Position numbers and translations under genes: made by a program | From: Patescibacteria group bacterium | GTDB taxonomy: Bacteria; Patescibacteriota; Patescibacteriia; JAQUQO01 | Assembly: GCA_028716045.1 (NCBI GenBank) | Contig: JAQUQO010000001.1 | Coordinates: forward strand, 725,176 to 789,175 | Direction of reading: 5' to 3' | DNA: 64,000 bases | Shown: positions 37,237 to 47,574 of the stretch, in pieces | Position numbering within the stretch: position 1 is the stretch's first letter | Layout of the letters: every line of letters begins with the position of its first letter | Notes under the pieces: generated by a model | Seen by the model: the letters and a program-made list of their open reading frames with translations, nothing else | Told to the model about the DNA's origin: nothing | The model's database searches: none

Positions 37237-38649
37237 ATGGGAAAGATTTATCCGATTAATATTGTGGCTCTCCATAAAGAGCCCCACGTTGATGATGCCG
37301 GGGCCTATTTGCTTGCCAAAGAACACGGGGGAAAGATTTTCCCGGGTATTGAAACAGCAAAAATAGAATTTCTTGGGGAAAGATTCAATAATGGTGATGA
37401 ACTCCTGAAAACCGGCACTCTTTGTTTGGGAATCGGGCGAGGAAGATTTGACGATCACGCTCCCGAAAATAAAGGGGAAACTGCGTCGTCACTCATGGCT
37501 ATGTTTCTCGGCATAGAAAACGAAAAGGGCGTAAAAAACTTTCTCCGTTACACTCATAACGTTGACAGTCGCGCCAACGGGGACTCGTTCGACCTTGCCA
37601 ATATGTTAAAGGTATATTGGCAGGCCTACGCCAATATGCCCTTATCGCCAGAAGAAAGGCGGGAGAAGGAAATGATGGTCTTTGATTGGGCAGCCGCCGC
37701 CATAATCGCAAAACTTGAAAATCCGGAAATGCCGAAGGGGTTTCATGTCAAAAAATTGCTAAAACAATGCCAGCAAGAGGCAGAAAAAGAAAAATTAGAC
37801 ATAACGCCTTCGGACTACATCGACATTGAAAAGTATGTGGAACAAATTGATAAGGGTCAAAGAATCCGACCCTGGGGATTGGCGGTGTTGGCGGAAATAA
37901 TCACACAAAAAACCGGCGACCAGCAATGGTTTTATGATGCGGTGCTTGTAAAAATCCGCGACAGAATCTACTATCGTTATCAACTCGGGGAATTCGATAG
38001 GAAAGCAAAAATTTTTCAAATCACCGCGCCCAATGGACAGCAGATACGAATTGCCACTCTTAATGACGACGGCGCTTACCACAACAAAATTTTTAGAAAC
38101 GAAAATGGCGGCAAGTGTGATATTCTTATCCAAAAAACCAGCGCGGGGAATGTTCAAATCTATACCAATTCCCGCAGTAAAAACAAATTGCCGATTAAAA
38201 CAGTAATTGCTATTATACGCTCGGTAGAGTTGGAAAAGAAAAAAATTGATTCCCGCCGATTCCCTATGCCCTACCTTGAAAAATACGGAGAAATAGACGA
38301 AATACCCATCTGGTTTTACTCCGAAAGGGGAGAAATGTTGCTGAACGGCAGTTTAACTGCCGATAAGCCGGCGACAACACTAACTCTTGAGCAACTTTTA
38401 CAGATAGTCAAGTTCGCTTTTGAACCTGACCGTCTGCCGAAAGAATGCTGGCGGAGCAAAAAATGTTCCGAACCTTCTTGCATCCTGTCTGTTTTGAGAA
38501 TGGAATTCTGCTCTAATCTGAGACGCTTCGCCTCCCAAAACAATCCCCGCCGCGATAAGCAGCCGACGCCAACCGGGCGTAAACCTCAACACCTAAATCC
38601 GCGCCCGGAGGAAATCAAAACACCTCCGACGAAAGAACAACCTCGGTAA
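37237..38649 (+). CDS. hypothetical protein (possible metal-dependent hydrolase N-terminus; Pro/Arg-rich C-terminal tail)
   Basis: RBS AAGGAGG. The N-terminal HKEPHVDDAGAY pattern resembles His/Asp metal-site motifs of UPF0160-type hydrolases. Weak. Confidence 0.4.
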   Translation: MGKIYPINIVALHKEPHVDDAGAYLLAKEHGGKIFPGIETAKIEFLGERFNNGDELLKTGTLCLGIGRGRFDDHAPENKGETASSLMAMFLGIENEKGVKNFLRYTHNVDSRANGDSFDLANMLKVYWQAYANMPLSPEERREKEMMVFDWAAAAIIAKLENPEMPKGFHVKKLLKQCQQEAEKEKLDITPSDYIDIEKYVEQIDKGQRIRPWGLAVLAEIITQKTGDQQWFYDAVLVKIRDRIYYRYQLGEFDRKAKIFQITAPNGQQIRIATLNDDGAYHNKIFRNENGGKCDILIQKTSAGNVQIYTNSRSKNKLPIKTVIAIIRSVELEKKKIDSRRFPMPYLEKYGEIDEIPIWFYSERGEMLLNGSLTADKPATTLTLEQLLQIVKFAFEPDRLPKECWRSKKCSEPSCILSVLRMEFCSNLRRFASQNNPRRDKQPTPTGRKPQHLNPRPEEIKTPPTKEQPR

Positions 38650-38757
38650 AAATTTTTACCACTTACAAGGCCCTTCAAAAATGAAGGGTCTTTTTTTATT
38701 GATTTTTTTGAAATCTCAGAATGTGTTATAATTAAAGATAATAAATAAAAATTTCTT

Positions 38758-39612
38758 ATGAAAAAAATTATTTTTGCGTTGAGCGTCGCGCTTTTCGCCT
38801 GCGCGCCTGCCTTGGCCAGTCCCGACGCATTATCTAATAATAAAACCACGGCGGGAAATAGCAACGGACAGGCGACAGAAGAAGCCGCCGCCGAAGAAGC
38901 AACTTCTCCGACCGAGATGGTCGAACCCGCAACGCCGGTTGAAAAAGTTGACGTAGATGAAGTTACATCTTCTTCTGAAACCCCGACCGCTTCTTCGGCT
39001 AGCGGAACAACGAACCAAGCCACCGTGGAAGAATCAACTCAAAATGCGGGGGAGGATAAAGCTATCCAAGTTCAGCAAGAATTACAAATTAAAGCGCGAA
39101 ATATAAATGAACTCAAAGAAATAATCCAGACAAAAAAACTGGAATTAAAAGAAGAACTGCAAAACTTACGGGAAAACAAACTTAAAAAAATCTACGAAAA
39201 TCAAAATATAGTCAGAGAAGCAGTTCACTCCCTGCTTTCCGCGGAAAATCTGACCGGAGGTATCGGTCCGCAAATTTCGGCGATTGCCCAAGAGTTTAAC
39301 AATTCAGTCCAGTCCACAATCCAAGCCGAGGAAAAACTCCAGACCCGCAACCGGATTATTAAATTTTTTACCGGCGGAGACCAAACAACCGCCAGCGTGC
39401 TTGAGCAAGAAGCGGAAAAAAATCGCACCCGAATAGAAAAATTGAACCAACTCAAAAATGAGTGTACAAATTGCGCCGAAGAAGTTAAAACGGTCCTACA
39501 AGAACAGATTCAAAAAGTAGAACAAGAACAAACTCGTCTGGAAAAAGTCGCCAAAGCAGAACAACAAATCAAAGGCATTTGGGGCTGGGTCAGGGGGTTG
39601 TTTCAAAAATAA
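38758..39612 (+). CDS. secreted Gln/Glu-rich coiled-coil protein
   Basis: Signal peptide MKKIIFALSVALFACAPALA. Long predicted coiled coil. Confidence 0.5.
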   Translation: MKKIIFALSVALFACAPALASPDALSNNKTTAGNSNGQATEEAAAEEATSPTEMVEPATPVEKVDVDEVTSSSETPTASSASGTTNQATVEESTQNAGEDKAIQVQQELQIKARNINELKEIIQTKKLELKEELQNLRENKLKKIYENQNIVREAVHSLLSAENLTGGIGPQISAIAQEFNNSVQSTIQAEEKLQTRNRIIKFFTGGDQTTASVLEQEAEKNRTRIEKLNQLKNECTNCAEEVKTVLQEQIQKVEQEQTRLEKVAKAEQQIKGIWGWVRGLFQK

Positions 39613-39621
39613 TTACTTTAC

Positions 39622-39655
39622 AAAAACATCCCGATTTCTCGGGATGTTTTTTTAT
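39622..39655. terminator. bidirectional terminator
   Basis: AAAACATCCCGA-TTTC-TCGGGATGTTTT hairpin flanked by T-runs. Confidence 0.7.
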
Positions 39656-39663
39656 TTTCAAAA

Positions 39664-40617
39664 TTAATCTCTTTTTACTTCTTTGTCTTCCACCGGAACC
39701 TTGCTCCGCCGCGCTTTCTTCACCGCGTATTTGATAATCTCTCCGGCAATGTCGCGGCCGGTGGCCTGTGTAATTCCTTCCAAGCCCGGATTGGCGTTCA
39801 CCTCCAGAACCTTCGGCCCTGTCTTGGTGCGCAGAATATCCACGCCGGCAATATCCAAGCCCACGGCTTTAATGGCCGCGAATGCCACGTCCTTCTCTTT
39901 GCGACTCATGCTGGCCACGCGCACCCGTCCGCCCAAATGAAAATTGGAACGGAATTCACCGCGCTTAGTAGCAATCCTTTCCATCGCCGCGATAATTCTT
40001 TTGCCCACGATAAAAACCCGGATGTCTTTGCCCTTGGCTTCTTTGACATATTCCTGAATGATAAACGGCGTCGGCCCGGAGGCGCTAATCATCATTTCCA
40101 CGACTGACCTTAGCCCCCGCTTACTTTCAATAATAGAAACGCCGCTACCGTGAGAACCGGAAATGGTTTTTAAAATAACCGGAAACGTACCAATGCCTTT
40201 AATGACATCGTCCATATATTCGGAAGAAACAATGACATAGGTTTTGGGCACCGGAATTTTAAGTTTGCTCAAGGCCTGCATAGTGCGCAATTTATTTTTA
40301 GCCCGCACCACGGCCAAGTGATTGTTAATCACCGGTATCCCCGCCATTTGAAATTGCTTGATAATGGCGCTGTACGACTCCAAATTATAATGTAAAAAAT
40401 TGGCCCGCACGAGCAAAACTTCCATGTCCTCGGGTTTTTGGTTTTTAATTAAAATTTCCGGTCGGCGAGTGGTAAATTTCAGCTGGCAATCTTTGGCGTA
40501 AATTATTTCCAAAACATGGCCCTGCTCCCGCGCGGCTTTATCCAACAACTCCAAATCCATTTTAGTCACCGGGCTTAAATTGGTCGGGCTGGAATAAGTG
40601 AGAACGTGGATTTTCAT
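39664..40617 (-). CDS. RimK-family ATP-grasp ligase (alpha-L-glutamate ligase-like)
   Basis: ATP-grasp motifs (ILKTISGSHGSGVSII, EYVKEAKGKDIRVFIVG, NANPGLEG) characteristic of RimK-like enzymes. Confidence 0.7.
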   Translation of the reverse strand: MKIHVLTYSSPTNLSPVTKMDLELLDKAAREQGHVLEIIYAKDCQLKFTTRRPEILIKNQKPEDMEVLLVRANFLHYNLESYSAIIKQFQMAGIPVINNHLAVVRAKNKLRTMQALSKLKIPVPKTYVIVSSEYMDDVIKGIGTFPVILKTISGSHGSGVSIIESKRGLRSVVEMMISASGPTPFIIQEYVKEAKGKDIRVFIVGKRIIAAMERIATKRGEFRSNFHLGGRVRVASMSRKEKDVAFAAIKAVGLDIAGVDILRTKTGPKVLEVNANPGLEGITQATGRDIAGEIIKYAVKKARRSKVPVEDKEVKRD

Positions 40618-40620
40618 ATT

Positions 40621-41382
40621 TTATTTAAAATTATTCAATAAAACTTGCGCCAATAAATCAGCAATGTATTTTCTTTTATCTTTACGGTGCCTTAGATAAC
40701 TGCCGATTTCAAACTGCAAAGCATAATCATTCCGCCCGCCGTGTTTATGAAATTGTATGGCTGATTGTTTACTCCAGCCGGAATAACTTTCGCCGACGGT
40801 TACTTTTAAATTATAACCCTGCTCAAGCTCGCGCGCCAAATCTTTTTTTATCTTTTTTAAAGTATTAATCTTTAAAGTTATCTCTCCGGTATTAAACCCG
40901 ACGTTCTTATGCCTTTTAGAACCGAGTATTTTGTTGCTGGTATTGTGCCTTTTGGCCCCCACGCCGATATCCACCCCTACTCCGACATCCTGCGCTCCGT
41001 GAATATACACTGCTACCGCCCTGCTGTCTTGGCTGTGTTTTTCCGCTTCAGCGCAATAACCGGCGATGTCCCGAAAAAATTTTTTCATCTCCGGCCGCTT
41101 CTTTTTCCAAAGATATTTATTGTAAGAACGCCCCCAGCACAAATTATTAAAATCCTCCACTCGTTCCGGATATTGAGCCGCCTGTTTATTCTCTTTTTTA
41201 AAATATCTATTATTAACCACTAAAAACCCGCCAAGAAGACGCGCCAACCGGCTGGCTATCACTCCGGTTTTTTTATCATCGCCAGCGGCATGAGGAGCGA
41301 TAAAAACAAAAAACGACGCGCCGGGCTTCTTAAATCCATAACTGGTGATAATTTTTTCTTGGCGAGAAAAGTTCATAGCCAA
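40621..41382 (-). CDS. hypothetical protein, possibly N-formylglutamate amidohydrolase-family hydrolase
   Basis: IAPHAAGD...VVNNR resembles the EHxG...DxNR signature of PF05013-type amidohydrolases. Immediately downstream of the RimK-like gene. Confidence 0.35.
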   Translation of the reverse strand: MAMNFSRQEKIITSYGFKKPGASFFVFIAPHAAGDDKKTGVIASRLARLLGGFLVVNNRYFKKENKQAAQYPERVEDFNNLCWGRSYNKYLWKKKRPEMKKFFRDIAGYCAEAEKHSQDSRAVAVYIHGAQDVGVGVDIGVGAKRHNTSNKILGSKRHKNVGFNTGEITLKINTLKKIKKDLARELEQGYNLKVTVGESYSGWSKQSAIQFHKHGGRNDYALQFEIGSYLRHRKDKRKYIADLLAQVLLNNFK

Positions 41383-41385
41383 TCT

Positions 41386-41865
41386 TTAACTTTTTCTCCC
41401 CATACTGCTGGCGCAACAAAAAGCCACGGCTAAAGCGTCGGCGGCATCGTCCGGCCGGGGGATGTCTTTTAATTTTAAAATGATTTTAACCATCTGCTGT
41501 ACCTGATTTTTGTCAGCCCGGCCATAGCCCGTCAACGCCTGTTTGACTTCCAGCGGCGTATATTCGTAAATCGGCAAATTATTGTTAATGGCCGCGAGAA
41601 TTATCGCACCACGCGCCTGTCCGACATTCAGCGCCGTTTTGGCATTTTTACAAAAAAATAATTCTTCAATGGCCAAACAATCCGGCCGGTGTTTTTTGAT
41701 TAATTTATTCAACTCCTGATTGAGCTTTTTTAAACGTAAACAAAAATTTTCCCCTTTGTCTGTTCTGATACAGCCGTGGCTAAGGTGAGTTAAGTCCACT
41801 CCCTGTTTTTTTAACAAGCCAAAACCGGTAATGGCAAACCCCGGGTCAATGCCCAAAATAACCAT
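41386..41865 (-). CDS. ruvC: crossover junction endodeoxyribonuclease RuvC
   Basis: ILGIDPG catalytic Asp, AIEELFF Glu, and C-terminal DAADALAVA. Confidence 0.9.
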   Translation of the reverse strand: MVILGIDPGFAITGFGLLKKQGVDLTHLSHGCIRTDKGENFCLRLKKLNQELNKLIKKHRPDCLAIEELFFCKNAKTALNVGQARGAIILAAINNNLPIYEYTPLEVKQALTGYGRADKNQVQQMVKIILKLKDIPRPDDAADALAVAFCCASSMGRKS

Positions 41866-41867
41866 AC

Positions 41868-42593
41868 TTATTCTTTTAGGTTTGAATAATAATTATCAAC
41901 GTCTTCGTCTTCATCCAGCGCTTCAAAAAATTGCTCCAGACGCTCCCGCTCTTCCGGCGGCGGGGAAATTTTTTCCTTGGCCACCCATTCTATTTCAGCA
42001 TAATCAACAATCAATCCTTCTTTTTCCAGCGACTCTTTAATAAGTTGCAGTTTTTCCGGCGGGACTAATATCGCCAAAAATCCTTCCTCTTCCTTAATAT
42101 CATCGGCCCCCAAATCAATGAGTTTCAATTCAAACTCTTCTCTGGGCATTTTAACAGTGTCCATTTTGATTCTTAAAACTCCCTTCCTTTCAAACATCCA
42201 CAAGACGCTGTTCGGAGAACCGAGATTGCCGCCGTGTTTGGAAAAAAGATGCTTGATTGACGAGGCCGTGCGATTGCGATTATCCGTTAAAACCACGGCT
42301 ACAATCGCCATCCCGGCCGGACCAAATCCTTCGTAGATAATTTCCTCAATTTGTTCTCCGGCGATTTCGCCCGTGCCGCGCTGAATCGCCCGTTCAATGT
42401 TATCCTTGGGCATATTGGCGGCTTTGGCCTTGTCCACGGCCAACCGCAATTTAAAATTAGCCGACGGGTCCCCGCCGCCTTCGCGGGCGGCTACTGTCAA
42501 GGCCTTGGCTAAACGGGAAAAAAGCGCGCCGCGTTTTTTGTCGGCCACGCCTTTTTTCTGTTGGATATTGTGCCACTTAGAATGCCCGGACAT
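41868..42593 (-). CDS. yebC: YebC/PmpR-family transcriptional regulatory protein
   Basis: MSGHSKWHNIQQKKG...KRGALF N-terminus is diagnostic. Confidence 0.9.
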   Translation of the reverse strand: MSGHSKWHNIQQKKGVADKKRGALFSRLAKALTVAAREGGGDPSANFKLRLAVDKAKAANMPKDNIERAIQRGTGEIAGEQIEEIIYEGFGPAGMAIVAVVLTDNRNRTASSIKHLFSKHGGNLGSPNSVLWMFERKGVLRIKMDTVKMPREEFELKLIDLGADDIKEEEGFLAILVPPEKLQLIKESLEKEGLIVDYAEIEWVAKEKISPPPEERERLEQFFEALDEDEDVDNYYSNLKE

Positions 42594-42817
42594 AGAATAA
42601 ATTTATAATTCTGTATAAATAATAATAACAAAAAGGCAAGGAAAAATCAAGGGGAAAAATCAAGATAATTTAGGAACATTTTACCGACAAAACATTAAAA
42701 GAAAAAACCCGTTGCGATAATTCGCAACGGGTTTTAAAAAATTGAAAGGATCGGAGTTATCTTGCGTGAACACGAGGTAACGAAAGTCCAAAAAACGAAA
42801 TTCAAGCGCCGGTCAAT

Positions 42818-43474
42818 TTAACTCTTGACCGAGGGACGCTGGCAGAGGACGAGCCAACTGCAGTCCGGGTCAGCCTCGCCATCAAGGTAGCACAAGTCCA
42901 AGAAGCGCCTAGGGCCATCGTGGCAGAAGATCGGCACAACCCAGCCGCCATTGGAGTCCTGCGCGCGAAGCGGGAGGATAATTGAATAATCCAGCTGAGC
43001 ATTTGGGTGCGCGGCGATGTACTTCATTGCCCGACGCGAGCCCTTGAGCAGACGAATTTCGCCCTTAGTTTCCATTTCGGATAGACGACGTAAACCTTCT
43101 TCTATGGTCATTGTGCCAGTAAAGTGGTGCTCGATTTCTTCATAATCATCCTCGTCTGGAGCGACGGGTTCCAATGGCCAGCGCGATTCAGTAAACTCCG
43201 GGTCGCGATAGCCATCCTGCTTGCAGGCGGCGAGAAGATTTTGAAATGATTCTTTGACAGCAGTGGCTACAGCCGCAACCGGTTGGGACACGGCTTTAGC
43301 ATACTTCATAATTACTTCAACCAATTCCTTCAGCAAATTTTTGTCGGTCTGAATGCGAGCGACATCTTCATCAGTCCCGCCGGCTGAAAGCACCGCGTCG
43401 GTCAGGACCTTCCAAATTTCAAACGCCTTGCCGAACGCCTGTAAAAACTTACTGCCCTTTTTTCTCTTACCCAT
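42818..43474 (-). CDS. hypothetical protein (GC-rich, likely foreign)
   Basis: RBS GAGGTG precedes ATG (MGKRKKGSKF). No recognisable motif. GC clearly above the genome background. A terminator hairpin lies at about 42700-42735. Confidence 0.45.
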   Translation of the reverse strand: MGKRKKGSKFLQAFGKAFEIWKVLTDAVLSAGGTDEDVARIQTDKNLLKELVEVIMKYAKAVSQPVAAVATAVKESFQNLLAACKQDGYRDPEFTESRWPLEPVAPDEDDYEEIEHHFTGTMTIEEGLRRLSEMETKGEIRLLKGSRRAMKYIAAHPNAQLDYSIILPLRAQDSNGGWVVPIFCHDGPRRFLDLCYLDGEADPDCSWLVLCQRPSVKS

Positions 43475-43661
43475 TTTTTGCACCTCTATTTTTTGGCTCG
43501 CCCCTAACCCGCGCACTACGCGCAAGTCCCAGGCCTGCCTTTGAAAGAACAATAAAATAGTATATTAAATCTCGGGAATTTTGTCAATAGTCATTTAAAA
43601 ATTTTACTAAAACTTTAAAAGAAAAAACGCTCCGGTTAGGGAGCGTCTTTTCTATTCGCAA

Positions 43662-46600
43662 TTATTTCTTCTTAAACCCCGTACCAGCCGGAATAACGCG
43701 GCCGATAATCACGTTTTCTTTCAGCCCTTCCAGGCGGTCCACTTTGCCGGTGATAGCGGCCTCAATAAGCACGCGGGCGGTTTCCTGAAAAGAAGCGGCT
43801 GACAAGAAGCTTTCCGTGGAGAGAGAAACTTTGGTAATGCCCAAAAATAATTCCTCGGCCTTGGCTTCTTTACCGCCATTCTTTTTGGCCGCCTCGTTAG
43901 CTTTCTCAAATTGATTTTTTTCTATTACTTCTCCGGGCAATAAATCGGTGTCGCCGGTATCCCTCACGATAACGCGGGAAAATAATTGCCTGATAATCAC
44001 TTCAATGTGCTTATCATTCAATTTTTGGCCCTGTGAAGAATAAATATGCTGAATCTCTTTGACTAAATATTTTTTGACATCTTCTTTGCCGCGAAGAACA
44101 AAAAGTTGATGTAAATCCAAATCTCCTTCGGTAAGCTGGTCGCCCTTTTTTACTTTATCACCATTTTTGACAAACAAGCCATAGCCCGGGGGAATAATAT
44201 ACTCCCTTATTTTTTTGGCAGTGGTGACGACGGAGATTTTATTTTTATTTATTTTAACCATCCCCGGCCGCTTGGCGCGGATTTCTTCCGTATGGTCTTT
44301 GCGGATGAAAACGATATTCCCCTTATCAACAAACTGGCCTTCTTTGACAGCCACCTCGGCGCCGGCAGGAACTTTATAATCATCTTCTTCCATCTCTTCG
44401 TAAGAAATTTTCAAAGTTTTCTGGCCATGAATGCTTTTTACCACCATTTTCCCCGAAGTATCCTCAATCGTGCGGTCCGCTTCTTCAATTGTGACATCAC
44501 CGTCAACTTCAGCCAGCAGGGCTTTCTTCTTCGGCGAACGCGCCTCAAATAATTCTTCAACGCGCGGCAACCCCTGGGTAATGTCTTGACCGGCCACACC
44601 ACCGGTATGGAAAGTTCTCATAGTAAGCTGGGTGCCCGGCTCACCGATTGACTGGGCGGCGATGATTCCCACCGGAGTTCCTAATTCCACGAGTTTATTA
44701 TGACCTAAATCATAACCATAACATTTAGCGCAAACCCCCTTGTGTATCTTACAGGTCAAGACCGAACGCACCCTTACTTTATCAATATCCAATTTAGCCA
44801 GCTCTCTCGCGTGCGCTTCGGTAATGGCTTCTCCTTTCGGCACTATCACTTTATTATTTTTAGGATTAACAACGTCGTCCAAAACAAACCTGCCGGCAAT
44901 GCGGTCAACCAACGGCTCCCCGATTTCTTCGCTCTCTTCCTTGGTAATAACCACACCCTCTTTGTCGCCGCAATCCTCTTTATTAACAATCACATCCTGG
45001 GCAACATCAACCAAACGACGAGTGAGATAACCGGCGTTGGCCGTGCGCAGAGCGGTATCGGAAAGGCCTTTGCGAGCGCCGTGAGTGGAAATAAAATATT
45101 CCAAGACGCCGAATCCTTCTTTAAAATTAGCTTTAACCGGCAATTCAATAATTTCTCCCGAGGGGCTGCTCACTAAACCCTTCATGCCAATCATCTGCGT
45201 CAGCTGGCCCCACGAACCGCGGGAGCCGGATTCCACCATAGAAAATACCGGGCCTTGGGGATTAAGGGAAGAACGGCATTCTTTTACAATGCGGTCTTTT
45301 ATTTCCGTCCAAACCTCAATAATTTTCACGTGCTTTTCAGCGGAAGTCAAAAGACCTTCGGCATATTGCGTTTCTATTTCGTCAACTTTTTGGTTGCCCT
45401 CTTTCACCAAATCCTGCTTTTTTGAAATCGTCGGCAAATCATCCATGCCCCAAGAGTAGCCGGCTAAAGTTGCATGATAAAAACCAAGCTCTTTAATCTT
45501 ATCCAAAAATTCCACTGTTTTTTCCAGCCCATAATATTCCAGACACAACCTGACCAGCTTGGCTAATTTTTTAGTATCAATAATTTCCTCCACGCGACCC
45601 AACTTGGGCGGCAAGATATCGTTAAACAACAACCGGCCCACCGAGGATTCCACGGTTTCTCCGGGTTTCTTCGCGGAACCGCCGACTCTTACTTTTATTT
45701 TTTCTCTAAGCGGAAGTTTGCCTAATTGGTAAGCCATCACGGCCTCATCTTTTGACGAAAAATACTTTTGCGGTTTGGCCGATTCGTCCAAATAAGAAGT
45801 TATGTAATAAATCCCCCAGCTGATATCTTTGCCGGGATTGACCACCGGATTGCCGGTGGCGGGTTTTAAAAGATTTTTATCGGCGGAAATTATTTCTCTG
45901 GCTTCCACCTTGGCTTCTTCGGTCAGAGGAACATGGACGGCCATTTGGTCTCCGTCAAAGTCGGCATTAAAAGCCGGACAAACCAAAGGATGCACCTGGA
46001 TGGCCTTGCCTTCAATCAGCACCGGCTGAAAGGCCTGAATACCCAAACGATGCAGAGTCGGCGCGCGGTTAAGTAAAACTCGCGCGTCCTTTACTATATC
46101 GCCTAAAATGTCCCAGACATCTTCGTGGCCGGCTTCAATGTAACGCGAAGCGGAACGGATATTGTGCACCACGCCGTTTTTAATAAGCTGGCTGATAATA
46201 AAAGGTTTAAATAATTCCAAAGCCATTTTCTTGGGTAAACCACATTGATGCAGTTTGAGATTTGGACCGACGATAATCACGCTGCGTCCGGAATAGTCCG
46301 TGCGCTTGCCCAGTAAATTCTGGCGGAAACGTCCCTGCTTGCCGCGCAAAATATCGGCGATGGATTTTAGTTGTCGCTTCTGACCAGTGGAAGCCACCAC
46401 GGTTTTGCTTTGGCGGGCGCTGTTATCAAGTAAAGCGTCTACCGCTTCCTGCAGCATTCTTTTTTCGTTGCGAACAATCACTTCCGGAGCGTTTAAATCC
46501 AACAATCTTTTTAAACGATTGTTGCGGTTAATCACGCGGCGATACAAATCATTCAAATCGGAGGTAGCAAATCTACCGCCATCCAATGGCACCATGGGCC

Positions 46601-47561
46601 TTAAATCCGGCGGAATAACGGGGATAGTGGTGAGCACCATCCATTCGGGACGAATTTTATTAATCTGTAAACTTTTGAGCAAGCGCGAACGTTTAATCAG
46701 CCGGTCTTTTTTAGCGCCGGAGGCGGATAAAATTTCTTTTTCTAAAATATTAATAGTTTTCCCTAAATCAACCTTACTTAATAAATAACGCATTGCTTCG
46801 CCGCCGATACTCGCTTCAAAAACATGACCATATTTTAAAGACAAATTTTGATAATCATTTTCGGAAATAATTTTTAACGGAACCAATTCTTTCAGTTCCC
46901 GCTCCGCCGTTTCAAACTCCTCTTTTAACTCTGCCTGGTTTTTTTCTTTTATTTCAATTACGTTGGCGAGTTCTTTGGTTATCTTTTTTTCCGACTCTTT
47001 ATTTTTTTTGTCGGCTTGTAATTTATTGCGCAACTCATTGGCTTGCCTTTCAAAATCGTTTTCTAATATCTTCCCCTTGCTTTTAAATTCCTGCTTCAAC
47101 TGTTCCATGGTTTGCGCTTTAATTTCCTCATTGACCTCCGTAATAATAAAGCTGGCGAAATAAACCACTTTTTCCAGCGACTGAACCGATAAATCTAAAA
47201 CTAAACCAATGCGCGAGGGCACGCCGCGCAAAAACCAAATGTGCGAAACCGGGGAGGCCAAATCAATGTGGCCCATGCGTTCGCGGCGCACTAAAGAATG
47301 CGTGACTTCCACGCCGCACTTATCACAAATAATTCCTTTATATCTTATTTTTTTGTATTTGCCGCAATAGCACTGCCAATCCTTGCTTGGCCCGAAAATT
47401 TCCTCGGCGAATAAACCGCCTTTCTCCGGTTTTTGCGTGCGGTAATTAATGGTTTCTGGACGGCTTATTTCGCCGTAAGACCAATTATGGATCTCCTCCG
47501 GGGAAGCCAGTTTTAATCTTATGGAATTAAAGTCAAGAGATTTTAATGTATCTACTATCAT
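43662..47561 (-). CDS. rpoC: DNA-directed RNA polymerase subunit beta-prime
   Basis: NADFDGDQMAVH catalytic motif, N-terminal zinc-binding Cys cluster, 1299 aa. Confidence 0.97.
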   Translation of the reverse strand: MIVDTLKSLDFNSIRLKLASPEEIHNWSYGEISRPETINYRTQKPEKGGLFAEEIFGPSKDWQCYCGKYKKIRYKGIICDKCGVEVTHSLVRRERMGHIDLASPVSHIWFLRGVPSRIGLVLDLSVQSLEKVVYFASFIITEVNEEIKAQTMEQLKQEFKSKGKILENDFERQANELRNKLQADKKNKESEKKITKELANVIEIKEKNQAELKEEFETAERELKELVPLKIISENDYQNLSLKYGHVFEASIGGEAMRYLLSKVDLGKTINILEKEILSASGAKKDRLIKRSRLLKSLQINKIRPEWMVLTTIPVIPPDLRPMVPLDGGRFATSDLNDLYRRVINRNNRLKRLLDLNAPEVIVRNEKRMLQEAVDALLDNSARQSKTVVASTGQKRQLKSIADILRGKQGRFRQNLLGKRTDYSGRSVIIVGPNLKLHQCGLPKKMALELFKPFIISQLIKNGVVHNIRSASRYIEAGHEDVWDILGDIVKDARVLLNRAPTLHRLGIQAFQPVLIEGKAIQVHPLVCPAFNADFDGDQMAVHVPLTEEAKVEAREIISADKNLLKPATGNPVVNPGKDISWGIYYITSYLDESAKPQKYFSSKDEAVMAYQLGKLPLREKIKVRVGGSAKKPGETVESSVGRLLFNDILPPKLGRVEEIIDTKKLAKLVRLCLEYYGLEKTVEFLDKIKELGFYHATLAGYSWGMDDLPTISKKQDLVKEGNQKVDEIETQYAEGLLTSAEKHVKIIEVWTEIKDRIVKECRSSLNPQGPVFSMVESGSRGSWGQLTQMIGMKGLVSSPSGEIIELPVKANFKEGFGVLEYFISTHGARKGLSDTALRTANAGYLTRRLVDVAQDVIVNKEDCGDKEGVVITKEESEEIGEPLVDRIAGRFVLDDVVNPKNNKVIVPKGEAITEAHARELAKLDIDKVRVRSVLTCKIHKGVCAKCYGYDLGHNKLVELGTPVGIIAAQSIGEPGTQLTMRTFHTGGVAGQDITQGLPRVEELFEARSPKKKALLAEVDGDVTIEEADRTIEDTSGKMVVKSIHGQKTLKISYEEMEEDDYKVPAGAEVAVKEGQFVDKGNIVFIRKDHTEEIRAKRPGMVKINKNKISVVTTAKKIREYIIPPGYGLFVKNGDKVKKGDQLTEGDLDLHQLFVLRGKEDVKKYLVKEIQHIYSSQGQKLNDKHIEVIIRQLFSRVIVRDTGDTDLLPGEVIEKNQFEKANEAAKKNGGKEAKAEELFLGITKVSLSTESFLSAASFQETARVLIEAAITGKVDRLEGLKENVIIGRVIPAGTGFKKK

Positions 47562-47574
47562 AGTATTTAATAGA

